Assembly: GCF_022539665.2 (NCBI RefSeq)
Contig: NC_081333.1
Coordinates: 11,470,001-11,534,000, forward strand
Direction of reading: 5' to 3'
Source: Daphnia carinata
Lineage: Eukaryota
DNA length: 64,000 bases
Notes under the pieces: model-generated
What the model was told of the DNA's origin: nothing
Seen by the model: only the letters and a program-made list of their open reading frames with translations
The model's database searches: none
Made by a program: the position numbers and the translations under genes
Shown: piece by piece, positions 26,861 to 39,364 of the stretch
How positions within the stretch are numbered: the stretch's first letter is position 1
Layout of the letters: each line of letters opens with the position of its first letter

Positions 26861-28771
26861 TTAATTCTGAGGAAAAATCATTTCCTGACTATTCAAAACG
26901 AGCGTTGTGTATGACTTTTAAATTGAAATTTAATATTTTGTACAACACGGAACCAAATTACTAAAATATCTATTTAATATTGCTACCGTGTTCGATTTAT
27001 TTTGTATTGCTCAACAATGAGAAACTTCTATTTCCGACTGGTTTCCTTATTGTTGCTGATGTTGCATTATCAGTTTGAAGGCAAAATTCTTTACAGTTCG
27101 AACAGTCTTCGAAATCGATACGTAAACAAGAAAGCAGATCCTGTAATCGAATTAGTTTTCCGAATTCTAGAAATTCAAATTTCTAGATTTATCGCAGAAT
27201 ATACTTGGTTCGGTATAGTACATCGTGCATTTGCCTTTTGACGCACGATTCTATTGCGTACGTCTCAATGTCAATCAAACGGTATGATCCGATCGATTCT
27301 GCGGAACATGCTATTTGTTTATCGATCTGGTTTTCCCTATTGAAAGACACCAAACTGACGTGGAGATGCGGTAAACTTCGTTCTCGTTTAAAACATTTTC
27401 CCGAAATTGAGAGATTGGGCCCATTCAATAAATTGTGCCCGAAAAAGCCGAGTTGAGAACAAAAAATCGGTTTCAACAAATTGAAAAAGTGATAAAAACG
27501 AGATGTCACGCGTCCCTGGTTCATGCTACTTTTCTTTATTAAGAAACTTCATCATATAATGTGTGACATCGAGCGTACATTACGGTTGAATTGACAAAAG
27601 TCCTTTCCATTTACTCGTTGGCCAACATATTAAATATTAATAAAGCCAAGTTCATTTCTTTGGACTACAGGTTGTTCGTTAGCCATCTTGTTGTGGTGAT
27701 CATATTATTTATTAATTACAGTATGTCTTAAGAAAAGTAACGCGTAGGTAACTTCTGCTTTGCCAGAGCGCGGGTTTAATATCAGTTTAGATGTTCTATT
27801 ACGTCGAAATCGATAACGAAATTTCTCTCCTGAAAACTTCCGAGTTGACAAGTTTGTGAAAATCGTCGAGACGCAAACATAAAAGGGCGAAGCTGGAAGG
27901 AAGATGGGTAGCGATTGAACCACCGCGGGGCACAATAACATTTTAATCTGGGAAAGTGCTTAGTGAACCTTGTACACGTTCAACCATAAATAACCTGGGC
28001 AGCAACCTATTATAAAATTTCATTGAACAATCTGTGCGGTAGAATAAAGGGGCATATACCGTGTACATATAGGGAACCACGCCTACATTTGATTATTAAG
28101 AAAAGTCGTGTATACAGCAAGCACTAGTATATAACAGCAATATCTAGATTGGTCCTTTGAGAGGTCCTGAGAAATTACGCAGACAGTGCAACAGAGGAGG
28201 GTAAGACAAGCTAACTATGCTGGTATATATTCTATAAGAGTAGCAGCCGATAATAGGATCGGTTGATGCTCTCAAGTCTGTGCCAGCTGTCTTCCACATA
28301 TACGACAATCAATATAGAGGCACACGCCAAGGATAAAAGACGGAGACGTCTATCGCTCAGCTGAAAAGAGAAAAATAGGCAGCAAAAAGGTGACTCGTGC
28401 TTCAGTATACGAAATTGGTATGTCAATGCAAATGAAGGGCTCAATTAGTCGGTTCTTCAATTTAAAATTTTCAAACCAAATGTTTTGCCATCTCCCAAAG
28501 GATAAAAAAATCAGCGCCAGGTACGAACCTTTTTCATTGATTAGCAGCAATTGATATCAGTAGGTACTCTTTTGACGTTTGTCGAATACAGTTTCGAATT
28601 TCGCTTTCAGAGAATCATACTGTTTATGGCTTCAAAAAGCATAACCGAAGTTGAGAAAACACTGCACCACAACTCTCAATTCTTAATTTTTTTACTAATT
28701 CTTGTATAGTTAGTTCTGCTAGTTCTTCTATAGTTAAAAAGATATGAATTCAATTCAGTTCTTTTTACCCT

Positions 28772-29538
28772 GAACGGAGTTTTCTAAATAACGGCAAAAA
28801 ACAGATTCACGCAGTACGCCAGCACATTCTGGCGCTAACCTGCTGCATCACATTTATTCGGTATATTTGGAAAACGATTCATTTGACGATAAAACGAATC
28901 GTTTTTTCTAAATCACAATTAATTTTTGAGTATATTTTGTAATTCTTAATTCATTCCAAGAGATACTGATTTTTTGCAGGTTTTGACAAAAGTGAGAAGG
29001 CTATAGCCTTCCCACTTTTTCATTTTTTGTTAAATTCAAGATATAGCTAAAAATGCATCGTTTTGATTCAAAATTAAACGAGAATCACAAAAATCAAGTT
29101 TATTTTTGCACCAGGCTTATAGTTTTCGAAAAAAAACGATGAAAACAGAAGAACAAAGTTGTTGCGCTAACATACGTTTGTACGGAATTTGATACACTTT
29201 TTGTAAGCAGCCACTCCTCTGATTTAACACTTATTTCGATAATTTGATAAATTAATTTATTTAAAATATCAAGTTTATTTAAAAATCAACGTAAATATTT
29301 TAAAACCGTAAAAAATAAGCCCGACGATATAAGCCCGACTAAATAAGAGCGACGAAATAAGCCCGACTTTTTTTTATTTTTTGGCCCAAAACGAAATACA
29401 GTTTTAAATATATTAATTCGATTCAGAATAAAATTAGAATTACCAATATCGACTTTATTTTTACGGAGAACTGACGGTTTTTCAAATAAAGGTAAAAAAA
29501 CGGGTTTATGCAGCACGCCAGCACGTTCTGGCGTGCGT
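28772..29538. mobile_element. AT-rich probable non-autonomous transposon remnant bounded by a diverged ~60-bp direct repeat that ends in a GC hairpin
   Basis: GCAGTACGCCAGCACATTCTGGCG (28811-28834) vs GCAGCACGCCAGCACGTTCTGGCG (29510-29533), 22/24 identical, with similarity extending upstream; internal ATAAGCCCGAC x3 (29314-29368); no transposase ORF. Confidence 0.4.
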
Positions 29539-29540
29539 GT

Positions 29541-30074
29541 AAGCTGTTCATTTAAAATAAATAGATGGCAGCTGTTGTTAAAATCAAACCGATATTTTTT
29601 TTTTGCTTTTATTTAAGTGCCAATTAATATGCCACGGATGCGATGTTTTATGCCTATTCCTTCCTTCCTCTTAAAATGGGAGTATACTGTCTGATTTTTA
29701 ACGAATTTCAAGAGATATTGATTAATTAAAACTTTCAAGCTGTTCATTTTTAAATGGGTAGATGGCAGCTGTTGTTAATATCAAACCAATATATATTTTT
29801 TTGCTTTTATTTAAATGCCAAGTTAATATGCCACGGATGCGATGTTTTATGCCTATTCCTTCCATCTGCTTTAATTGGGAGTATACTGTATGATTTTTAA
29901 CGAATTTCAAGAGAAATTGCTTAATTAAAAATATCAAGTGGTTCATTTTTAAATGGATAGATGGCAGCTGTTGTTAATATCATACCGATATTTTTTTCTT
30001 TTTGCTTTTATTTAAATGCCAAGTTAACCTGCCATGGATGCGATGTTTTATGTCTATTGCCTCCTTCCCCTTTA
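29541..30074 (+). repeat. Tandem repeat of ~197-bp unit, about 2.7 diverged copies (starts 29541, 29737, 29936)
   Basis: Each unit carries TAGATGGCAGCTGTTGTTAA and GGATGCGATGTTTTATG at ~196-199 bp spacing. Confidence 0.92.
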
Positions 30075-30634
30075 GATGCATTATCTGTTACTTTTTTTAT
30101 CTTGGTGGGGAACTTTAGTCTAGACGATTTTTTCCTTTTTGTATACTGACCTCCACCCGCCACGTTTTCAGCTTTCAAGTATCTCGAAATTATGAAAAAA
30201 AAAAATATAGAAGAAATGCCATAGGCTTAGCCGATAACTGCTTCTAAACGAGATCTACTTGGAGAGCCGAAATATTTTATCCACCAAATGTGTGTATTTT
30301 GACGAACCGACGCGACTGAGTTTTCTAAATACCAAACCTAGACTATCCAAATCTATGTACAAGATGGTTGTCTTGACGGTTTCGTTCAATAAGTGAGACT
30401 TGTTCAAATATTTAGACGGTAGTACAGAGAGACGATCATTTTTGAATCCCGAAGCAGAATGAAAAAAAAAAAATAATAATAAACAAAGCAGAAGATGAAA
30501 TACAGGTTTGGAGGGAATAAGAAAAAACCGTCTAAAACAAAAAAAAATAATCAACGAAGGATAAACAGAGTTCAGAAGCATAATTTTCCTTTACAGTATG
30601 TTTTCTCGCTCCTTCTTGATTTGATTCTCGTTTT

Positions 30635-32407
30635 TCAACAATTAATCCCTGGGATTTGAAGATCATGCCGCTCGCAATAACGGAGTTGAGCTTGGCGTAA
30701 CAAGCGCTGCTTTCGTTCCTGAAGTGACAGCCCTCGCTCATGGACGAGCTTGCTGAACGTAGATGCCGAAACTTGTTGCACCTGCGAAGAAGTCCCAGTT
30801 GGTTTATAGTTGGATGGGCCAGGCCTTGGAGATGACCCAGTTGGACCACTCTCGACCCTTGTCACTATCGGCTCAGGAGTGAATGGTACAACGCCTTCAA
30901 CTAGATTGGCCACTGTGGCATCCACGCTATTAGTTCTGCCTATAAATGGTGTAAAACATTAAATTTGAAGTCGTTTTGAAAGTAATTTCATCTTACTTAG
31001 ATCGCTCAATATGACGGATATGGGAACATGAGGCAAGACTTCTTTTACTTGATTGGCCATTACTTGCCACCGATTATTGGATCTCTGAACCGGACGTGGG
31101 GGTTGTGCCTCAAATCGCTTCCTTTTGATAAGTTCGATCTAGGTAACGGATATAAAATATGTTAGAAATATGCTGTTGCAAAGAAGAGAGTTCGTACCTT
31201 GTCTTTAGCGGTGAAAGAAGTCGCGTTAATGCCGAGATTTTGGCTGATAGCCGATTCTATCCGGCTAACGTAAGCTTCAAGTTCTTCATCTTCTTGGCAC
31301 TCAGCCGGATCCAGAAATCTGAAATCATACGTAACGATTCGTGATCCTGTACAACTGAACGCTGAAGCCAATTGAAATTACTTAATGTTGAAAATTGTGC
31401 AGGGACTAAAGAGGAGAAAGAACGCATCCGTCCACGGCTGACTGTCTAGGACGGTAACGGCAAAGGGTGGGAAAGGGCGTGAAACTTTCAAAGACAGCGG
31501 CTGAACTGGAAGTTTTGGATTATTTCGCTTGTGTTGATCAAACTTTCCAGGTTGAAACTTGAGAAGTCCTGTTTTGGCTGCAGTTGTTTCATCTTCTGGA
31601 AAGATGGTGGTTCTTGGTGTACCAGCTATTACCTGGAGAACGATTGAATCAAATGGGCTACAGTGATTTGCGACCCAGACAGCATTTTCTTGAGCAGCTG
31701 CCTTGCTTGAATGTTTTTCGTTAACAAAAACACCAAGTATTAATCCACACACCCTCAACAAATATCTGAAAAGGAGTATTTTAATAAGAGGAATTTAAGA
31801 AAACTCAAGCAAGAAAGCTAGAATGCACAACTACCTTTTCATTGGCTGGTATGGCATATAGAGAAACATAAGATAGAACTGGATGAGGGCAAAGATTCTC
31901 ATCACAAGCAGAAATAGTCCTAAGGGGGTGTAAAATACCAGCAGCAACAGTGTCCAATCCCATTGTGTGATCCTGCATGAAGAAAAAGAAATGTTCGAGA
32001 ACAATATTGAAAATAGTCATTGGTAACCAGATGGCTGCTAGAATAGGCACAGATTTTAAAGCTCTGCAAACAACTGAAGCCAAACATTGTCTGCAATTTT
32101 TGCAGCCATCTTCTAAAGAATAATGATATGTATTCCTCGAAATCATAAATGTTAATTTTGGGCATGAATTGGTTTCGTAAGTTGCAGATGCCTCGTAAAG
32201 AACAACCATTAAGATTCTGTCCAGTACCTCACGAAACCTCACTTCACTACGGCTAATCCGATCGTTGCTACTAAAATTTCAAATATTTTTCATACTGATC
32301 GTTTCGGGACGAGTCTGAAAACTGTGGTAGTTTAAGAAGAGAATCAAATAGTAATTCGTATTTTACCTTGAATCCTCGAACAATTCTTCTAAATTAGGAG
32401 AAGCCAT
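30635..32407 (-). CDS. AUP1: Ancient ubiquitous protein 1 (lipid droplet/ERAD factor; acyltransferase-like, CUE and G2BR domains), multi-exon
   Basis: MASPNLEELFEDSR|ITQWDWTLLLLVFYTPLGLFLLVMRIF hairpin anchor, NHCSPFD, FPEDETT..GLLKF, VQPLSLKVSRP, CUE MANQVKEVLPHVP..SVDATVANLVEG, G2BR SLQERKQRLLRQAQLRY. Confidence 0.9.
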
Positions 32408-35400
32408 TGCTGACGACACATAAACAGACGCATTGGAACAGCTAAACAGCAACCAGAATGCAGAACGATTTGGTGACGTCAAAATCAAGACAATATTGAC
32501 CCATCCGTATCATCGCGTGATTGCTGCATATAAAACAAAATTGCCGTCACGATAATGTGAAAACACGGTCGCCATATTTTTATTTTTATTACGATCGCGC
32601 AATAAATGTAAATGGCTCCTTTTATCCCGTCATTTTTCAACATTTCACCAACAATAGAACCCGTATTTTTCCTATTTCTTGCTACCCTAACGAAAATAGA
32701 ACGAAGGCCAGCACTTTCTAATGAACAAGCAGCAAGAATAAAAAGAATAAAAGCCTTCAGCATGCAGAACAGTAGACTAATACCACCATTGCTACGGTAT
32801 AGTTTAATATCACATGGGGCGACGAGAGGTATACACACAATAACATTTAGTTATTCTGTCTGGCGCCCGTATTATTCCTTAACGACGACACCGTGACTTA
32901 TTCATACTAAAGTACAGTTGTCATCCATATTGCCAAAAAAGCGGGAACGATCCATAACTAAACCTTCGGTGCTTCTTTTTGACAACTGTACAAGTGCACC
33001 ATGGGAAAAGTTGGTAGGCAATGCATAGGTTTTTGTTTTATTGTTAGGAACAACCGCCTCCTAAGAAATGACCACGTACCAGCACCGCTACCGAAAAAGT
33101 AGCATTTATAAATACTCATACCTACCTCAAATTGTCGACCCACCGCTCTAAAGGTTGTAAACTTTTGACCGACGACACGAGAAAGATATCGATCGACAAC
33201 AGCAGCAGTTGGAATAAAGCAATAATGCAATAAAACAAAAATAGGTTCAAACCTGCTGGACTAGCCGGTAAAAATAGAAGTATTTGCGACGGATACACAC
33301 AAAGCTTACCTGTATTTAAAATTTTACGAGTGCAACAAGAAAAAGATCGTTTTAAATAACGACACGGCGACAGACGGTTTCTCTGTGCATTACGTTTATT
33401 TTTTTCAATATCAATCCAAGCCAATAGAAAAAATCACCGTGGGAACAAGAAGAAAGTTGAAAGAAATATCACGGGATATGTAAAAATGCGCTGAAAGATG
33501 GGAAAAGAAAAAACGTGTTTACTTATCAGCAAGATCAATATCACATGCTAAAGTATGTGACGTTCTTTTTCGGATCTACCAGAGAAAAAAAAAATGGTTC
33601 AGTTTGGCTGCTCTTGTTTTCCATTATCCGTGCGGTGGCAACGCAAGCGAGGGCAAAAAAAAAATTCCCAACATTAGCCAGTTAATTGAATTCCATTGGC
33701 TACACACTCACACACTACTCACATCAGGAATTCTTTATATTTAATGAAGGCCACCGCCTATGTTTAACTAACCTGGTATTTCCAGTTTGAGATATATACC
33801 TCTCCGTTTGTATGTATTCCACAAATTCTTTTCTATGATAAGAGCATTAAAAGACAATGTCGAAAGGGAATGAAAAAAAAAAAGTGCAACAAAGCGTCAA
33901 ATGTCTCATGAAAGGGCGGTTTTTGAAAGAGAGTTCCACCATCTAGCAGATATGCATTGTAAATTAAAGCGACAATTGGTGTGTAGACAACAGATAATGG
34001 GTAGGATTTTAATGATGTACACACCGAAAACAAAAGAAGGAAAACAGTCTTGTGTTACCTCCCTTTTTTTTTAATTTCAATTGTCTCAACGAATGTCTTC
34101 AGGAATATCCTACCGTATTTTTATAAGAAAGCATCTTCCGTGGCCATTGTCTGCCTTCCATCATCTGTGACATCAAACCCCAGAAAGAAGGTGTTGTCGG
34201 CATCGAAGAAAAGAGATGCCAAGACTTCAAAAACCCCCTCACCTGGGACACAGTCAAACGTGGGAACATGAACCTGTTTTTTTCTTTTTCAAGAAAAAAA
34301 AAGGAGAGCGTCGACTATAAGATTGGCTGCTGCTGTCGGTTGTCCCTCAAGGTTTTTCCTTTTTTTTTTCTTATTGGGAAAAGAACGGCTGTCTCCGATA
34401 CAAGTCGAAGATACGCGGCGGATCAATGCTTGAGGAAACAACGGGAACCTTATTTATACCCTCTTGATATTCCCACGTCCTTATTCTTTTCTACTCCCCT
34501 CGATTTTTGTGAGAAAGGGTAAGTAGTACTTTGTTTTTTTGACTGCTCTTTTTTCCCCTCTGTTTTCGTGATCCTTAAAAAAAAAAACCTATTTCCCCTT
34601 CCTTCCTGCCTTCGTGATCGAATTACGGTTTTATTTTTTTTTTTTTTCTCCATGACGTTCGATTGTTATTTTTGTGTTACTCCTGTAGGGGTAAAAACAG
34701 GAAGGCGATAGAGGAGTACGTAAACACGGCATCGTATTTTCGGAGTGAGTTGGATGTTGTTAGAAAGAGGGGGGACGTAATCGATTCGTGTAGAAATATA
34801 AATGTTCACGAAAACGGAGTATCTATACGAAATGATGCAATAAGTAAAGACTTTGTAATACATTTCGTTTAAAAAAATGATTGTCGTCATTTTTCTGTAT
34901 TGATAATCATTTCATTATTTAAAAAAAAAACATGTGATAGGAGAAAGGAATATGCAAGAAATCAGACGCGTTCAAAACACACAAAGAAAAAATGGGGACG
35001 TGGTGGATGTTTTTGTTTTGGAGATTCGAAATAATGAGTGAAGGGGCGTGAGTTAGTATAAAGTATGTGTTAAATTCAATGTAAAACGCAAACAAATAAT
35101 CGGTGATCGGCCGTTCGTCTCCGCTGGGGACAAACTCGTGACACGAACAAATCAATCCATCAACAGACAAAATTGTAGAAAAAAAGTTCCTCCTTTTTCA
35201 CGTACCCCACCGCCCCAGATTACCACCACTTTCTTTTCTTTTTCTACTTCACTGCGTTCTAATGTTTTTTTTTTGTTTGTTTTTGCTTATCTACATACAA
35301 ATAGAATACTCAACAGAACATTCGTTCTACTACAGATTTTTTTTGTTGTGTTTTCACGATGAAATAAAATTACAATAACAAGTTAGATTATCTCTTAGCT

Positions 35401-35864
35401 CCCCCCTTTCTTTCTTTCTATTGTTTGTGTTTGTTGTCCTGAATTCATAATACCAACTTCTAATTGGCAAACACATTTTTTTTTTATATCTGGAAATTAT
35501 TTTTTTTTTTTTGTACACCGACCACCGCATGACTCAAATGATTTGAAATTCTCTGATTGTGTCGCGAAAAATTAGAAAAAGAAACAGAGAGCCAAAATAC
35601 TCGAAAAAAAAAAAAAATAGCGAAAGAAAATGGACGAAAAAATTGATATGAAAGTGAGATTGTTGAAATTGAGTCGAAAGTTTTTTTCGAATGCCTTGTG
35701 ACTTTGGTTACGTTTTGTTTGAAATCGAGACAGTTGGTCTCGATTCGAACCGACTAGGGCACCGAGTAGGAGAAGCAAAAACACCCATTTTCATCACGTG
35801 ACTTTAGGAAATGAAAGCAAAAGAGAAGGAAGGAATACACACAAAAAAATGCTGTCAGTTTGAA

Positions 35865-38800
35865 CTAAGATCGGTAGGCCCGGATGACGTCGCGGATCGG
35901 CGCCCGACAGATGGGGCACAAACCCTGGCCACCGGCCGTCCGGCCTCCGTGGTAGAGAGTCAGGGCGCAATCGTAGCACAGGCACATGTGACCGCACGAG
36001 TAGAGGACGCAATCGACGCTGCGTTCGTAGCAGACGGTGCATTCACTGCTGGACCCGGTTCCCGATTGGCAATTGAGGCTGTGCGTCAACGTTTCGACGT
36101 AGGAAGCCGTGCCGGAAGACAAGACACCCGACGGAAACGATTGTTGCATCATGTGAGCGGCGGACGGGACGGATTGATAAATAGGCTGAGGTTGCTGAGG
36201 ACGAGGTGGGCTCATACGAGGAGGTGCCTGGTAGATGACGGCGGGTTGTTCGGCCAGCTGAGGTGGTGCGATTGTGCCCAGGAGACGGACGGCTCGGGTG
36301 CTTCCGTAAACGTCAAAGATGGCCCAAAGCGGCAGGGAAACGTCAACGTGCATCAAAAGGGTGGCGGCGCCTCGGTTCCTCATCATCGTCACTTCGCCGC
36401 TGTGAGACAGGTGGAATTCGATTTCATCACCAAGGATCGGTCCGTGAGCGACATCTTTGGAAATGACCCAATATTCCGGTCTGTAAATTGTTAAAAAAAA
36501 AAAAAATAATGAAATTATATTTCACATTTCTCCTTGAAAATCGATGGAAAGGAAAAAGGAAAAGAAAATCGGAATGTACCGATCGAGGAGTTGGTCGGCA
36601 TCGTCGGGCAAGTCAGTGGATGAAAGAGATGCTGGATTGCAAGTGGTGAAGCCGAATCCCATTCCGCCGACGTAGATGGATTCCGTCTGGACGATCTGAA
36701 CGACCCACGACTCGCCCGGGTTGATGGGCCTGGACGAGAGGACGTAGCCGTTGCAGAACTCGGCGTCGTGGCGGACGGCTGTGCGACAATCGGGTCCCAT
36801 GCGGATGTTGACGCCGTGCGTGCGCGGGTGGAACGTCAACGGCTGAAAGACGTGGTGGCGGTAGTGACGCAATGGAGGGGGAGGCGGAAAATTCTGGAGG
36901 ACGGCGGGCGGTGCCGGCGGCTGTCCAGCCGAATTGTTGGACGACTGCAGTTGCTGTTGGAGACTTCCAGGAATGGGCGGTAAGGGCAGACTCGGGAGTT
37001 GATGAGGTCCGCGATTCAAGTTGAGCGCGTTCATCGAGACGAGCAAATCGGCTTCGCTGCGCGGCCGCGGCATTTGCTGCTGATGGTGCAGCTGCTGGAG
37101 GTGGTGCGGCCTTTGATTAATGTCATTCGAAGCCAAAGTGCTACTAATTCCACTGCTGGATGCGCTCGACTGCAAACTCGTGGTACTTCTCCTCGTCGGC
37201 GAATTACGCATCGGATTGTTATTTAAACTGCCTCGAGGATCTGGAGCGAAAGAAAAACGAAATTCAAGTTAAACGATGAATGAAAGAGAAAAGAAGATGG
37301 CGGGTTCGACTTACCAACAAATTGGACGGCTGTCGTGTTGCCGTAAATGTCAACCATGATCCAAAGTGGCGTGCGTGCATCGACGCCCGTCAAAAAGACG
37401 CCCTTATCCTGTCCGTTGACGTTGAGCATCACATCGCCACTGGCCGTGAAGTGGAACGCGAAGAGGACGCCGACGTCGACGTAGCGTTCAGGCAATGCCT
37501 TACCCCAGAAACCGGGACGGCTCGTCAAATCTGTTTCCACATCATTTGAAAAAAGAGAAAGAAAATGAGAATGTTGTTTCAAAAAAAGAGAAATAGGGCC
37601 GTAAAAACTTACCAGGGCAGGCGTATTTGGGCAAGACTCCGCTGAAGGATGCCGGATTGCATGATGTGAAGCCAATACGGAGCACTCCGTTCCATGATGT
37701 GGAACATTCCGCCACGCGTAGATAAACCTGAACAAAAAGGACAAGCATTTTAATTTAAAAATAATGGTTTCTAAATGGAATCGCATTAGGAATTCAATAC
37801 ATGTTATAAAGATTTTTGTTTTGTTATTTACCTTTTCATTGGGACGGACGGTGCGCTGGGAGAAAGCGATGCCTTTGCAGAAAGAATCGACGCGGCGGGC
37901 CGTGCTCCGATCGGCTGATAAGCGGACGTGCTCTCCGCGCGTGTTGTGGAACTGTAGAATCGGCTGCGACGCGCTGCCGTCGCCATTGTTCGAACCTGGA
38001 CATACGGATAGAATGGAGAAATTTAACAAAAGAGTTCACATTTCTCTCTCTCACTTTTTTTTTTTTGTTCAATTTCAACATCTCATGTTTCTTTCGTCTC
38101 CCTCCCGTCTGATGTAAATGCGATAAAAAGCACGCGCATTCCTACGATTGAATGGATCTATACCCTCATTCCGGTGTTACATGTTGGACGACTTTTTTTT
38201 TTTTTTTAGTCTATGTCATCGTATCATTCCCCTCTTCCATTTCCCTTAGCTATTCTTCTGCGTGCCTTCACTAGACCATTGAAGGACCTCCCATACTTTT
38301 TTCTTTCAATAGTATGTGTCGCATAGAATTTATTAAACATCTGGAACGCGAAAATAAAAGAAGAAGAGTTGATGCCAGTATCCGCAGGCACACGCCTCCC
38401 CCCACCGGATGGTACTCCGGAAGTATTTGAATTAAAAAAGGGAAATCACGTCGAGGAAATCAGAAAAGAGATTTCAACTTTGAACTTTTTGTGCGTGTTA
38501 AAACACTTTCATGAAAAACAACCGGACGGAAGCCGTCACGATCCGAAGACTTTGAAACGGGACGAAAAAAAAAACGACCGGAAAACGTCATCAGTGGTCA
38601 GATACATAAGAAGAAGGGGGGGAGTTAAAATAAATTACGAACATAGGTACACGAAAAAAAAAAACCCTTAGGCCTATCCAATTATCTAAAAAAAAAAAAA
38701 ATAGTTTCAACTTGGTAGGAATTGTCCAGTTCTCCCGGAAACCGCACATATTTTTCCTTTGCAACGTTAGTGAACGTAGCAGGAAACACACGAAAGAAAT

Positions 38801-38920
38801 GGAAGACTCACCTAATCCGATGCGCCCTTTGAGCTTCTTGATGACTTTCATGGCTCCTTTGAGCGGTTTGGGACTGGCCTTCGTCTTCCCTGAGTCGGCC
38901 GTGATCAACTCGGTCACCAT
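35865..38920 (-). CDS. neur: Neuralized E3 ubiquitin ligase (two NHR domains plus C-terminal RING), isoform with the polybasic first exon 38812-38920
   Basis: MKVIKKLKGRIGL polybasic motif; NHR1 LQFHNTRGEHVRLS..SFCKGIAFSQR..WNGVLRIGFTSCNP; NHR2 TFHPRTHGVNI..EFCNGYVLSSRP; RING CTVCYERSVDCVLYSCGHMCLCYDC..CPICRAPIRDVIRAY. Confidence 0.95.
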
Positions 38921-39364
38921 TTGACCAAACAGATTTGATTCAGGTTCAGTGTAATCTCGAATTGATATCAACACAAATGTGCACAGCGATTTTCGCAGAA
39001 ATTTATCGATCAAATTTCTTCTTGGCTGCAAAACTCACGATAAACCTTTTTTTTTTTTGTTTTAAAAAACGGTTCGTGTTCTTTGTTTTCTCACGGAAGG
39101 AAAAAAAAAACGGAATAGTTTCGTATTCACTCTCACAAATACACGCCAAGTAAAGCACCGCAAAGTCGAAGCCAAATGAAAAAGAAATGGGCCAACCAAA
39201 CTGGAAAATACGAGCGCACTGGGTCACGCGAAACGGACCGACTGATAGAACCAGGGGGAAGCGGGTAGAACAAGGAAGGGTCTACACGGCCGGATGGTCG
39301 GCTTTCGAATGGCGCTACCAAACCGGTGGAGCTTGAAAGTCTATTGACGGTGGTGGAAGTGTGC

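Noticed and set aside
29541..30074. Repeat array as CRISPR-like
   Set aside because: Whole ~197-bp units repeat with no unique spacers; eukaryotic context with no cas genes
33438..34266. Two Su(H)-type CGTGGGAA sites downstream of neur
   Set aside because: About two such 8-mers are expected by chance in a window this size, and they are not in paired-site geometry
35811..36494. 227-aa plus-strand ORF
   Set aside because: Antisense shadow of the neuralized RING exon
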